In this document: positions 1 to 9,348 of the stretch, in pieces
Layout of the letters: every line of letters begins with the position of its first letter
Position numbering within the stretch: the first letter of the stretch is position 1
Source of the DNA: an uncultured Gammaproteobacteria bacterium
GTDB lineage: Bacteria > Patescibacteriota > Microgenomatia > UBA10105 > UBA927
Reading direction: 5' to 3'
Assembly (NCBI GenBank): GCA_964449585.1
Contig: CAYUZE010000003.1
Location: forward strand, 4,021-68,020
DNA: 64,000 nucleotides
Made by a program: the position numbers and the translations under genes
Notes under the pieces: generated by a model
Told to the model about the DNA's origin: nothing
What the model saw: only the letters and a program-made list of their open reading frames with translations
Database searches by the model: none

Positions 1-2
1 TC

Positions 3-224
3 TTTTTACTGATGAAAGAAGGTACGGGAGAAAAGCTCGTAACCAGCGGCACGATCGAAGGGGATACCCGATTTTTTACCTACTATAGTGCTGAAGAATT
101 AAAAAAATTGTTAGCTAGCGCGGGCTTCACTGTTATTGATCAATATACCTGGGATCAAAAAGAGAGAAACGAAGAACGCCCCTCAGAGGTGTGGATCTCC
201 ATCTTTGCTACAAAAACAGCATAA
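3..224 (+). CDS. C-terminal fragment of a probable class I SAM-dependent methyltransferase (runs off window start)
   Basis: Frame is open from position 3. 'RFFTYYSAEELKKLLASAGFTVI...WISIFATK' resembles C-termini of small SAM methyltransferases. Confidence 0.55.
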   Translation, partial: FLLMKEGTGEKLVTSGTIEGDTRFFTYYSAEELKKLLASAGFTVIDQYTWDQKERNEERPSEVWISIFATKTA

Positions 225-699
225 CAAGAAGTAGCCCAAGCCAGAACGACAAAAACAGCTTCGGATTGGTCGACCAATTTGCGCCGTCGATGTGTGCTGC
301 AGAAAACGGATACAGCAATCGCGTGGCAAATTGTCCTTCATGGGTGGGGATATCGATCAGGATATGGGAAAGATATGCAAACGAAAAAATCACCCATCGC
401 TCGGGGAAGAGAAAATACATAAGGGCGGTAAAAATTCCCGCGCCCACCAGTGAGTGAGTGCTTCGATAAAATGTCGCGTCGGTGTTGTTGGTGAATTTAT
501 TGGAGAGCAGCAGGCGGGTATAGGTTTTGATAAAGGTAGCCTGCGGATATACGATAGCCTCCCGAAGTTTCAACGCATAAAACGGGAGTATACCTAAAAT
601 GTCAGGGAGGGTTGCGGCGATTGCCGTAGGCACCATATCATTCGAGCCAAAACTTTTGGTTATGGCAATACCGCTGACGGCATGATACAAAATATCCAT
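208..699 (-). CDS. Membrane-bound metal-dependent hydrolase (YdjM/DUF457-like)
   Basis: Motifs H(6), LPD, RSTHSL, SHILID and LLYPFS, plus hydrophobic segments. Confidence 0.75.
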   Translation of the reverse strand: MDILYHAVSGIAITKSFGSNDMVPTAIAATLPDILGILPFYALKLREAIVYPQATFIKTYTRLLLSNKFTNNTDATFYRSTHSLVGAGIFTALMYFLFPERWVIFSFAYLSHILIDIPTHEGQFATRLLYPFSAAHIDGANWSTNPKLFLSFWLGLLLVMLFL

Positions 700-700
700 T

Positions 701-1582
701 ATGATTCAATTTACCTTAGAAGAAATTATTACTCAAGACAACCTGGTACATCAGGGATTGCTTCACGTGCCGCCGCAGGCCAGCGGCAAGGTGCTCGTAT
801 GGATTCACGGACTCACCGGCACGTTTTACAGCAACGCCAAAAGCATGAACCGTTTTGCCGAGGAAGCGGCAAAACACGGCATGGCGTTTGCCGCATTCCA
901 TACCCGCGGTCATGATTATGTCACGAGCACCCACAAGATTGATCCGAATTCTCCGAAAGGCTATGTGTATGAAACGATCGGTGCGGGAGTGGAAACCTTC
1001 ACCGACTGTGTGAAGGATATCGACGCCATTCTTTCTTTTCTTGCGGGGAAGGGACTTACCAAAGTTATCTTGGTCGGCAACAGTACGGGGGCAAATAAAG
1101 TGTGTTATTACACGGGCACCGTTACCGACGATCGGGTAGCAGGCGCCGTGTTATCGGGACCAATGTCGGATCGATATTCGGCAACGGATCCCGAAACAAA
1201 CAAAAAACATCGCGCGATCATGGAACAGAAAATCAAAGAAGGGAAAGGGGACGAATTGCTTACGGGCTATGACTTTTTCCCGCTTACTCCCAAGCGATGG
1301 ATGAGTCTTTTAGCCGAAGGGTCACCCGAGGATGTCTTTAATTACCGTGATGAACACGGTGCCCTTGCGACCTATGAACGGATTAAGGTTCCTTTGCTTG
1401 TCATGTTCGGTGAACGGGATGAACACGCCGATCGACCCATACCCGAAATGCGAAAAGCATTTGATGCGCATGCAACCTCTCCCCGCTACAAAAGTGTGGT
1501 GATCCCCGGTGCGGATCACGGCTTTACCGGAAAAGAAGATACGTTCGTCGATGAGGTAGTTATGTTTGCCGCATCACTATGA
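701..1582 (+). CDS. Alpha/beta hydrolase (DUF1749-like)
   Basis: WIHGL oxyanion motif, GNSTG nucleophile elbow, GERDE acid and GADHGF His. Confidence 0.85.
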   Translation: MIQFTLEEIITQDNLVHQGLLHVPPQASGKVLVWIHGLTGTFYSNAKSMNRFAEEAAKHGMAFAAFHTRGHDYVTSTHKIDPNSPKGYVYETIGAGVETFTDCVKDIDAILSFLAGKGLTKVILVGNSTGANKVCYYTGTVTDDRVAGAVLSGPMSDRYSATDPETNKKHRAIMEQKIKEGKGDELLTGYDFFPLTPKRWMSLLAEGSPEDVFNYRDEHGALATYERIKVPLLVMFGERDEHADRPIPEMRKAFDAHATSPRYKSVVIPGADHGFTGKEDTFVDEVVMFAASL

Positions 1583-2376
1583 CCTACGAGGTGATCACCA
1601 CAAGAGTTCCCAACAGCAAAGGACTCGGTCTTGCCACCGAAATATATCGCCCCAAAAAAGACGGCAAGCTCCCCGTCGTATTTATTTTCCACGGATTTAC
1701 GGGGTATAAGGAAAGTGCAGATTTGGTTGATCTTGCGGATCGGCTTGCCAAGCAGGGTGTTGTCGCAGTGCGATTTACATCCTCGGGGTTCGGAGACAGT
1801 GACGGTACGCTTGCCGACGATTACCGATTTACGAATTACCGAAGTGACGCGGAAAGCGTGTACCAGTATGTCACCCGACTTGCCCATGCGGATACAACGC
1901 GAATGGGAGTAGTAGGGCATAGCATGGGAGGGAAGTTAGCCGTTCTTTTTTGTGCGGATCATCCTGATATCACGGTGCTCGGCGTGCTTGCCGCTCCCGT
2001 GACTTTTTTGGGAACCGCCTACGGACCGCTTCAGAAAGAATGGCGGGAAAAGGGATACTTTGAAAAAGTGAGCGGCAGGGATCAGAAAACGATTCGAATT
2101 CCGTATGCTTACGCTCTCGATGTGGATACTCCGGAACATGATGTGCTTGCCGCCGCCGCAACCGTAACGCACGCCGAAGCATTGGTGGTGGCGGGTCTTG
2201 CCGACAAGGAAGTTCCCTGGCAGGAAACAAAGCGTATTTTTGACGCCTTGCCGTCCAAAAAAACCTGGAAATTATTACCCGGAATTCCCCATAAATACGG
2301 GCATCAGAAAGCACTTATTCCGGTGGTAAATACGCCGGTTGTAGAATTTATCGCCGCCCGTCTCCTGCGGGATTAA
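1579..2376 (+). CDS. Alpha/beta hydrolase (esterase/peptidase S9-like)
   Basis: FHGFTG, GFGDSDG, GHSMGG, D (ADKEV) and H (IPHKY). ATGA overlap with the upstream gene. Confidence 0.85.
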   Translation: MTYEVITTRVPNSKGLGLATEIYRPKKDGKLPVVFIFHGFTGYKESADLVDLADRLAKQGVVAVRFTSSGFGDSDGTLADDYRFTNYRSDAESVYQYVTRLAHADTTRMGVVGHSMGGKLAVLFCADHPDITVLGVLAAPVTFLGTAYGPLQKEWREKGYFEKVSGRDQKTIRIPYAYALDVDTPEHDVLAAAATVTHAEALVVAGLADKEVPWQETKRIFDALPSKKTWKLLPGIPHKYGHQKALIPVVNTPVVEFIAARLLRD

Positions 2377-3035
2377 AGAGAAAAGTTTGGCAGGTGGGGT
2401 TCAGTTCGGTTGACTGCCACTCGGGGTTCATATTTTTTGATATCGGGAAGAATCTCCATAGGATTTAAGGCTACCCCGTGTTGGGCGATCTCAAGGTGCA
2501 AATGGTTTCCCGTCGCCCAGCCGGTGGCGCCGACGGTACCGAGCTCGGTTTCCTTCCCCACGACTTGTCCCGTTGTTACGTCGATACGCGACATGTGGGC
2601 GTAGATGGATGTCATTCCTTCTTTGTGGGACACGATGACGTGCTTGCCGTACCCGCCGCTTACCGTGCCCGCGAAGGTGACGGTACCGTCCGTAACGGGA
2701 TATATGGGAGTACCTGCGGGATTGGTAAGGTCAAGCCCCGCATGCCCGCCCGCAAAGTACTGCGATATACCGAAGGTAGCCAACGGCCAGCGGAATAGCG
2801 AGGGAGCCACGACGGCATCGACCGTGGTGACATGGGTGTCGAAGTAGAGTTCGGTCGAGTCAAAGCCCGCCTGGGTGGAAGGCACAACCACGCCCAAAAA
2901 AACGGCGATGGCGATTAAGGGAACGCCGATGAGCTCGAACGCCTGTTTGTGCTCGATTTTGGTCCGTATCCAGTGGCTCAGACGGTTGCTTCCTCGATAC
3001 GGCTTGGTGAACCATGTAAGGGCATGTTTGATCAT
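2373..3035 (-). CDS. M23 family metallopeptidase (peptidoglycan endopeptidase)
   Basis: N-terminal TM, HAGLD (HxxxD), YAHM and HLHLE (HxH). Confidence 0.9.
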   Translation of the reverse strand: MIKHALTWFTKPYRGSNRLSHWIRTKIEHKQAFELIGVPLIAIAVFLGVVVPSTQAGFDSTELYFDTHVTTVDAVVAPSLFRWPLATFGISQYFAGGHAGLDLTNPAGTPIYPVTDGTVTFAGTVSGGYGKHVIVSHKEGMTSIYAHMSRIDVTTGQVVGKETELGTVGATGWATGNHLHLEIAQHGVALNPMEILPDIKKYEPRVAVNRTEPHLPNFSL

Positions 3036-3049
3036 AGATTGAACCTAAG

Positions 3050-3074
3050 AAAAAACCACTCGGGAGGAGTGGTT
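3050..3074 (-). terminator. Terminator-like hairpin inside the 5' leader of the M23 gene
   Basis: Minus strand AACCACTC-ctccc-GAGTGGTT followed by TTTT (U6 run). Confidence 0.5.
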
Positions 3075-3085
3075 CAATACCCCGT

Positions 3086-3114
3086 ATTGTAGCGTAAAAA
3101 AGCCCCAAAGTCAA
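3086..3114 (-). promoter_or_regulatory. Sigma70-type promoter for the M23 peptidase gene
   Basis: Minus strand TTGACT (3114-3109), 17 nt, TACAAT (3091-3086). Confidence 0.7.
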
Positions 3115-3176
3115 ATTATAGGATATCGGCAACATTGCCGTTTGCTTGCCTTATGTGGTATGATCGAACTCAATTT

Positions 3177-4064
3177 ATGAAGCGTAAAATCGGCTTTTTC
3201 CTCGTTGTCATCGTTATCCTCCTTATTATCGGCGGTGTTATTAAGCTTTTGGTCAACAGATCCCCCAAAGAAGGCGAGTTGCGGGTAGATGCAAGCCCGA
3301 ATGTGAGCGTATTTTTGGACAATAAGCATATCGGCAGAACCCCGCTTCGGGAGAAAGTTACCGCAGGCGAGTATACGATCAGGCTCGTTGCTGATTCCAC
3401 CACCGAAGACATTGCCCCCTGGCAGTCGAAAATCTTTGTCGGTCCCAATCTTTTGACGTTTGTAAACGCCGTGCTTTCGGATTCGGAGCTCTCCTCGGCC
3501 GTTGATGTGCTGTGGTTGGAAAAGAGTGTGGTCGGTAAACCCGAGCTTTCGATTGTCACCAATCCCGACGGTGCTTCCGTCGTGCTTGATGACGTCACCA
3601 AAGGGATCACCCCGCTTACCATTTCCGATGTTGCAGCAGGAGATCACACACTTACGGTCACCTCCCCGGGTTTTTTGACCAGAACGATGAAGGTAAAGCT
3701 GACGACAGGTTATAAACTTATCACCAGTATGAAGCTTGCCCTGTCTGCCGCGGGAAGCCAGCCGCAGGAATCGACGAGTGCAGCCGTTGTGCCGACCGCT
3801 CCTACGCCCTCAACCAAAGCAGGGGAAACGGCAACCTCGTCGGGAACCGCGACACCGCAGAAACCGTACGCTACCATCAAAGATACACCGACGGGCTTCC
3901 TTCGGGTACGTATGGAACCTTCAACCGCAGCTACCGAAGCGGGGAGAGTAAAACCGGGGGAGAAATACCATATCTTTAACCAGCAAACCGGGTGGTACCA
4001 GATATCCCATGACGGCACCAACAAAGGCTGGATATCCGCCCAATACGCCGACAAAACGGAGTAA
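3177..4064 (+). CDS. Membrane-anchored PEGA-domain protein with C-terminal SH3b-like domain
   Basis: Start refined to MKRKIG. N-terminal TM, two PEGA repeats (VFLDNKHIGRTP; TNPDGASVVLDD..KGITP), Thr/Pro linker and SH3b-like 'LRVRMEPS...GWYQI...GWISAQY'. Confidence 0.85.
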   Translation: MKRKIGFFLVVIVILLIIGGVIKLLVNRSPKEGELRVDASPNVSVFLDNKHIGRTPLREKVTAGEYTIRLVADSTTEDIAPWQSKIFVGPNLLTFVNAVLSDSELSSAVDVLWLEKSVVGKPELSIVTNPDGASVVLDDVTKGITPLTISDVAAGDHTLTVTSPGFLTRTMKVKLTTGYKLITSMKLALSAAGSQPQESTSAAVVPTAPTPSTKAGETATSSGTATPQKPYATIKDTPTGFLRVRMEPSTAATEAGRVKPGEKYHIFNQQTGWYQISHDGTNKGWISAQYADKTE

Positions 4065-4120
4065 TCGAAACATCTTACCACCGTGTTCTATCGAAGTAAC
4101 GGTCTTGCGTATTAACGATT

Positions 4121-5059
4121 TCATCCTCCAATGCCGTAGATGACGAAGAGGGCGGCACCCGTCCACAATACCACGGTGGAAAGAAGCGGCAAATCGGTGG
4201 TGAGAATCTGTTCCGGTGATTCACCTTTCCCGTGATAGATAAGCTGCATGTACCGCATGATGCCATACAACACAAACGGGATGGTCATCATCATCCATTT
4301 TCTATCAGGGATGCCGATCACGAAGTCACTGTAGTTTCTAAATATTATCCCCTGGGTAATCGGTCGCTCAAGGAAAGTGAAGTACGTGTAGGAAATAAAC
4401 GTACTGGTAGCGAACATCGAAGTGTACGCATCCAGAAGCTTTTCGGAATAATGGGAAAGTGCCGCACGCGTATCTTTCGGAGACGCGTCTCCGGAACTTT
4501 GGATGAGGGTAAGTTCAGCACGTCGTTTTCCGATAGCAAGAAATAGCGCGAGTGACAGCGCCGCGAGTGCTAGCCAGATTGAGATATGGTACCCGCTTGC
4601 CGCCTCTCCCGCATAGACACGAAGCACATAGCCCGTGGTTATGGCAATGATATCGACCACCGAAATATGTTTAAGCACCACTGAGTACGAATACTGCAAT
4701 ATGATGAAGCAAACGGAGAAGAGGAAGAAAGTGTGTCCTACGGAACTGGCGATGGCAAGTCCGCCCGCGAGCATCAACAGTGATACCAAAAGTGCGGTTT
4801 TGATGGGAAGTTTTCCGCTTGCCACGGGACGAAAACGTTTAAATGGATGTTTTCTGTCCGCGGGTGCATCAAGCACGTCATTTAAAATATAGTTGGATGA
4901 CGATAACAAGCAGAATGAAATAAATCCCAAAATCGTGGCGATAAAAAGGGGAGCATAGAAGAGTTGTCCCGTAAAAAATATTGTCGTGAACAACGCCAGA
5001 TTTTTTAGCCACTGTCGTGGTCTCGCTGCTTTGAGAATTGCGTAAAGTAGCTGACCCAT
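4121..5059 (-). CDS. UbiA-family prenyltransferase, decaprenyl-phosphate phosphoribosyltransferase-like
   Basis: RPRQWLKN, YILNDVLDAPADRKHPFKRFRPVASG, LAIGKRRAEL and GESP motifs. Multi-TM. Confidence 0.85.
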   Translation of the reverse strand: MGQLLYAILKAARPRQWLKNLALFTTIFFTGQLFYAPLFIATILGFISFCLLSSSNYILNDVLDAPADRKHPFKRFRPVASGKLPIKTALLVSLLMLAGGLAIASSVGHTFFLFSVCFIILQYSYSVVLKHISVVDIIAITTGYVLRVYAGEAASGYHISIWLALAALSLALFLAIGKRRAELTLIQSSGDASPKDTRAALSHYSEKLLDAYTSMFATSTFISYTYFTFLERPITQGIIFRNYSDFVIGIPDRKWMMMTIPFVLYGIMRYMQLIYHGKGESPEQILTTDLPLLSTVVLWTGAALFVIYGIGG

Positions 5060-6081
5060 ACAAAAAACATGGTCAACGCAACAGCCACAGCAATAAACGC
5101 AAACACTTTAAGCGTGCTTGTGACTGTGAGTGAGACCAGCCCCAGTATAGCCGAGACTCCCCAGTAAAACAAGGCGATCTGCGGTTTGCTCCACCCGAGG
5201 TCAAGCAGTTTGTGATGCAGGTGTCCGCGGTCCGCAACGACGGGTGATTTTTTCGTGCCGATGCGGCGGACAAGGGTTGCCACGGCATCCAACATCGGAA
5301 TGCCGAGTACAAGGAGCGCCGTTCCTAATTTGGCAAACGATAAAATACCGAGTAACGCCAGAAAAAATCCCGCGAGCGTTTTTCCTCCGTAGCCGGGCAT
5401 AATTCTCTGCGGATAAAAATTCCAGGGAAGAAATCCCAAATATGCGCCAGTGACGATAAAGGCAAGAAGTGTTACCCAGATTTGTTGCGGGTCAAGCATG
5501 CTATACCGAAGTGATAACAGACCCAATACAAACGCAGAAATGGCGACGTAGCCGGGCATCTGACCGTCCACACCCGCGCTCCAGCCGATGATGTTCATCG
5601 TCCATACGATCCAGATGACGGCAAGCACATGAGGGAGTCCTACGGTTATATCAAAGGGTAATGTTACACTTAATGCCGCAAGCGGCAACACACCGCCGGT
5701 GAGCGGATTCGTGATAAAGGGAATCGAACTTCCGGTCACTACCACAAGAAGCGCCACCGCAACATTGGTGATGAGACGAAGGTACGGATTGACGTCTTTT
5801 TTGTCATCCATAAGGCCGACAATCGTAAGGATGATACTGCCCGCAATAATTCCCAAAAGCTGGGGGGTGAGCGGCAGGGTAATAAGGAGGGTTACCGTAA
5901 TACCGATAAGGAGTGCCAACCCTCCCGCACGCGGAATAACACCTTTGTGCGTATGGGCGGGGTGATACCGGTGCTTCGGATCATCCACAAGACCGAACGT
6001 GCGGGCGAGTTTCATGACAAGCGGGGTAGCGACTCCGGTGATAACCGCCGCTATAAGTAATGGAGGAAGAAATGGTGTCAT
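5005..6081 (-). CDS. MraY/WecA/TagO family polyprenyl-phosphate HexNAc-1-phosphate transferase
   Basis: PRAGG, GLMDD, GVDG, GFLPWNFYP and ADRGHLHHKL motifs. Multi-TM. Confidence 0.9.
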   Translation of the reverse strand: MTPFLPPLLIAAVITGVATPLVMKLARTFGLVDDPKHRYHPAHTHKGVIPRAGGLALLIGITVTLLITLPLTPQLLGIIAGSIILTIVGLMDDKKDVNPYLRLITNVAVALLVVVTGSSIPFITNPLTGGVLPLAALSVTLPFDITVGLPHVLAVIWIVWTMNIIGWSAGVDGQMPGYVAISAFVLGLLSLRYSMLDPQQIWVTLLAFIVTGAYLGFLPWNFYPQRIMPGYGGKTLAGFFLALLGILSFAKLGTALLVLGIPMLDAVATLVRRIGTKKSPVVADRGHLHHKLLDLGWSKPQIALFYWGVSAILGLVSLTVTSTLKVFAFIAVAVALTMFFVWVSYFTQFSKQRDHDSG

Positions 6082-6471
6082 TTAGCTAATGAGCGTAATG
6101 ATACGAACGACGATAATGGTGCTGACGATTGAGATAAGCAATGAGGTAAGCGACAATACACGCGCAAACATCGGATGATCCTTTGCCGTTTTCGCCACCA
6201 TGCCGTGATTAACGACATAAACGATGATTGCCGTGAGTATCGGAACCGTCAAAAAGAACGGGGAAGCAAGTCGCTCTTCTCCCCACGGCTTGCTATACCA
6301 AAGGGGAATTTTCGGCGGCAAAAGTCGCCATCCCAGTGCCAGTGCGGAAACGTTGATGACTGTTTGTGCGACAACGGCAATCTTCGCGAGCCGTTGTTCC
6401 CAGGTTGTGTCAGCATAACGCAATCCGTCCAGGAGGCCGTCCGCTTTTTGCATCGGGAGTGTGAATTTCAT
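6082..6471 (-). CDS. Small membrane protein (DUF1648-like)
   Basis: Three TM segments and an LPPKIPLWYS motif. Tightly coupled within the operon. Confidence 0.6.
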   Translation of the reverse strand: MKFTLPMQKADGLLDGLRYADTTWEQRLAKIAVVAQTVINVSALALGWRLLPPKIPLWYSKPWGEERLASPFFLTVPILTAIIVYVVNHGMVAKTAKDHPMFARVLSLTSLLISIVSTIIVVRIITLIS

Positions 6472-7805
6472 AGCGGCATTCGATATACGACATCAAACTT
6501 TCCGTCCGTGTGTATGAAAAACGCCCGGGTAGGATAGATGGGGTAGTCGCGTACCATACGGGACGGCGTAATGAGCGCATCGCCGATATACCACGGAAAA
6601 ATGTTATCGTTCGGGTTGTACAAATATACTTTTGACTTGTCTTTGGTATAGTAGAGTGTCTCCAGATAGATGAGCGAATCGGATGCCATGACCACATCCC
6701 CCGGTTTCATGAGTGCCTGCACTTGTTCAAACGTTTCCCTGACGGGAGGCTTCGCGTGATAGGGAGCATACCACCAATTTATCCAAAGGACTCCCGCAAA
6801 CAGGACAAACGCCGCAATTTTTTGGAGGATCGGGCGGCGAATTGCCGCGATAGCCGCGATTATCACCAGTACTTCCGCAACGGTTACCGGGATAAGGTAC
6901 CGGTTTACAAACAACGGTTTGATAAACGATATGCCGATAATACCGGCAAGGGGTACAAGCCCGAAAAAGAGTACGAGTCGTACGTGTTCCCGCACGGTTT
7001 TTCGGGCAAACGCAAACCAGCCGATAAGAACGATTCCCAGCGACAGGTATCGGGTGTATTTCCACCCGAACCAGGGGGTACCTTCGTAGCCCATGAACAT
7101 ATTCCCGAGGACGGACTTTACCAGCTGGACATCTACGGGGAAGTACCACGACGACTTCATGCGTCCCATTTCGAGTACGATGCGAATAAGCCACGGGATC
7201 ATAAGCAGTACGGCAATTGCGGTACTTTTTACTCCCGGATCGGTAACGATATGGCCGAGGGTATGAAGGAAAGATCGGTGTTTTTGAAAGAGATGGTGCC
7301 GCTCTGTATACAGCCGATGCAGGAACAATGCCCCGACAAACGGAAGGATATAGACGTGGGTATAAAATCCCAACACCGCCGATGCGATAAACCATCCCCA
7401 TCGTTTTTTGGCGTAGGTATAAAGCATTGCCGTCGCGAAAAATATATACCAGCCGTAAGTGCGTACTTCGAATGCGTAGTAGAGGAGCATCGGGTTAACA
7501 AAGAAAAACAACGGCATGAACCAGGCAAGCCAGTGTTTTTTATGCAGTTCGTCCGCCCATTCGATGATAATGACGGTTGTAAGCAGGAATCCCACCATCG
7601 ACAAACTTCTGGCGGCAAGCTCGCTCGTGCCGAACAGCTTTATCCAAAAATGCAGCATGGTGTAATAAAGCGGCGGTTCAAATCCGAGTCGGGTGAAGAT
7701 AAAGGGTAGGGATTCTTTTGCGGCGAGCACCGAAAACGCCTCATCACGCCAAAAACTCTGTACAAGGTACAAGAGCGGGGTATGCGTCAGCAGTTGATTC
7801 AACAT
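6468..7805 (-). CDS. GT-C fold glycosyltransferase (PMT_2/ArnT-like)
   Basis: SFWRDEA, EPPLYY, ELAARSLS, EVRTY and RYL motifs. Many TMs. Confidence 0.85.
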   Translation of the reverse strand: MLNQLLTHTPLLYLVQSFWRDEAFSVLAAKESLPFIFTRLGFEPPLYYTMLHFWIKLFGTSELAARSLSMVGFLLTTVIIIEWADELHKKHWLAWFMPLFFFVNPMLLYYAFEVRTYGWYIFFATAMLYTYAKKRWGWFIASAVLGFYTHVYILPFVGALFLHRLYTERHHLFQKHRSFLHTLGHIVTDPGVKSTAIAVLLMIPWLIRIVLEMGRMKSSWYFPVDVQLVKSVLGNMFMGYEGTPWFGWKYTRYLSLGIVLIGWFAFARKTVREHVRLVLFFGLVPLAGIIGISFIKPLFVNRYLIPVTVAEVLVIIAAIAAIRRPILQKIAAFVLFAGVLWINWWYAPYHAKPPVRETFEQVQALMKPGDVVMASDSLIYLETLYYTKDKSKVYLYNPNDNIFPWYIGDALITPSRMVRDYPIYPTRAFFIHTDGKFDVVYRMPL

Positions 7806-7814
7806 ACTATTTGA

Positions 7815-9296
7815 TTATATCTTCTCCGTCACGCGATATTCCAGTCGCTTTCCTAACATCAGTCGCGTGTGTGCATCTAGCCCCGGGAGTGCGGAAAGAA
7901 AGAACGAGATAATGGGAAGCGTGAGCCACTGCAGATACAACAGCGGTAGTTTCCATTTGGGATATGCCTTGGGTGGCGGAGGCTTAATGCGCCAATCGAT
8001 GATAAAAACAATGAGTAAGAATATGGTCGATAAGGTAAGAATACCCGAGGAAATTTGCGCAAGATTATGTCCCAAGACGGTTCTACCGAATACCGGATTG
8101 ATAAGCGGCGGAACGGTGCTTCCGATGGTCAGAATAAACCAGTTGGTCGGCCAGAGAATGTGGTGTTCAAGAAGCGAAGATACTCTGCGTACCCGTTCGG
8201 AAAGTTTAATTTCAGGATGGAGAAACGACTGTCGTATGACATACGGAATATCCGATACGCCCCATGCCCACCGTTTCGCCTGTTCGTATTGGTTGACGAA
8301 GGTATTCACAAACCCGTGACTCTCCGCGGCATCGACGAGAACCGGCAAAAAGATGGGACGTACTGATACTTTTTCACCCCGGGTAAAGAATACGGAAAAG
8401 AACATGTGGTAATCCTCGGGGATGACGTCCACTGCCCAGAACCCCACCTGACGGGCGGTTCTGTAAGCAAGCGAATAAGTTGAGAAATTAATGAGTTTCG
8501 ATTCCTGCGAAAGGAAAGCCAGATTCCACATGCTGTTTAAGGTATTGAGGAATCTGTTGGGAAGCGGAATTCGCCAGATGTTACTGTAAAACATGATGCT
8601 TCCCTGATAGAGGTGATCAAATCGGTTGGTGTCGGTGAGGAACTGAAATGCCAGAGCGGAGAAGTACTTGGGATGAGGAAGTGCGTCGGCATCACAGGAG
8701 GTGATGGTCATCCATTCATCGGAAATCCGGTGTTTTTTGATATAAATATCTGCCTGTTTCGCCGCCCATGCCATATTCGATGATTTACCGGCGATTTCAC
8801 CCGGGGTGAGCGTATGTTGCGTAACGAGAAAGTGTCCGAATGTTTTGCCGAACTCCTTTTGGAGGAGTGTTCCGGTTGCCACCGCGGCCGGATCTTTTGT
8901 TTCCGTGGCAAGTACGATAATCATCCGTTTGGTGGGGAAGTCCTGATTGGACAGATTTTCCAGCGTGCGCCGTAAAATATGGACGGGCTCTTTATATTCG
9001 GGGATGATGACCATGTGCCATACATCGGCAAAATGGGGAAATGATTCCGCCTGCGCACGCCAGTTAACCGCCGCGTGAGCGGTGTACGTGATAAATGAGC
9101 GCAGCGCATAGTTAACCAGCGTAACGGACTTATAGAACCAATAGACGTCGAAGGTGATGATAAAGTACGCAACCAGCGCCGGATGCCAAAAGGATAGCCA
9201 CAACGGCATGGTAATAATAATCCACGAAGTAAGCGGGATAGATATCTCGAGAAGCCGTTGGGTTCTGTTTGGGTAGAGTTCGAAAAGACGGCGCAT
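7815..9296 (-). CDS. Membrane GT2-family glycosyltransferase
   Basis: IPEYKE, GKSSNM, TSCDAD, IPED and QAKRW (D,D,D,QxxRW) motifs, flanked by TMs. Confidence 0.88.
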   Translation of the reverse strand: MRRLFELYPNRTQRLLEISIPLTSWIIITMPLWLSFWHPALVAYFIITFDVYWFYKSVTLVNYALRSFITYTAHAAVNWRAQAESFPHFADVWHMVIIPEYKEPVHILRRTLENLSNQDFPTKRMIIVLATETKDPAAVATGTLLQKEFGKTFGHFLVTQHTLTPGEIAGKSSNMAWAAKQADIYIKKHRISDEWMTITSCDADALPHPKYFSALAFQFLTDTNRFDHLYQGSIMFYSNIWRIPLPNRFLNTLNSMWNLAFLSQESKLINFSTYSLAYRTARQVGFWAVDVIPEDYHMFFSVFFTRGEKVSVRPIFLPVLVDAAESHGFVNTFVNQYEQAKRWAWGVSDIPYVIRQSFLHPEIKLSERVRRVSSLLEHHILWPTNWFILTIGSTVPPLINPVFGRTVLGHNLAQISSGILTLSTIFLLIVFIIDWRIKPPPPKAYPKWKLPLLYLQWLTLPIISFFLSALPGLDAHTRLMLGKRLEYRVTEKI

Positions 9297-9348
9297 AGAA
9301 TCAAGCTAAATTATACCATGCACGAAGGAGTACCGCGAAAGTAATCGC

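Noticed and set aside
6723-7709. 328-aa plus-strand ORF
   Set aside because: Antisense shadow of the GT-C gene with no motifs. The same applies to the long antisense ORFs over nusA, pnp, dnaK and the 820-aa gene.
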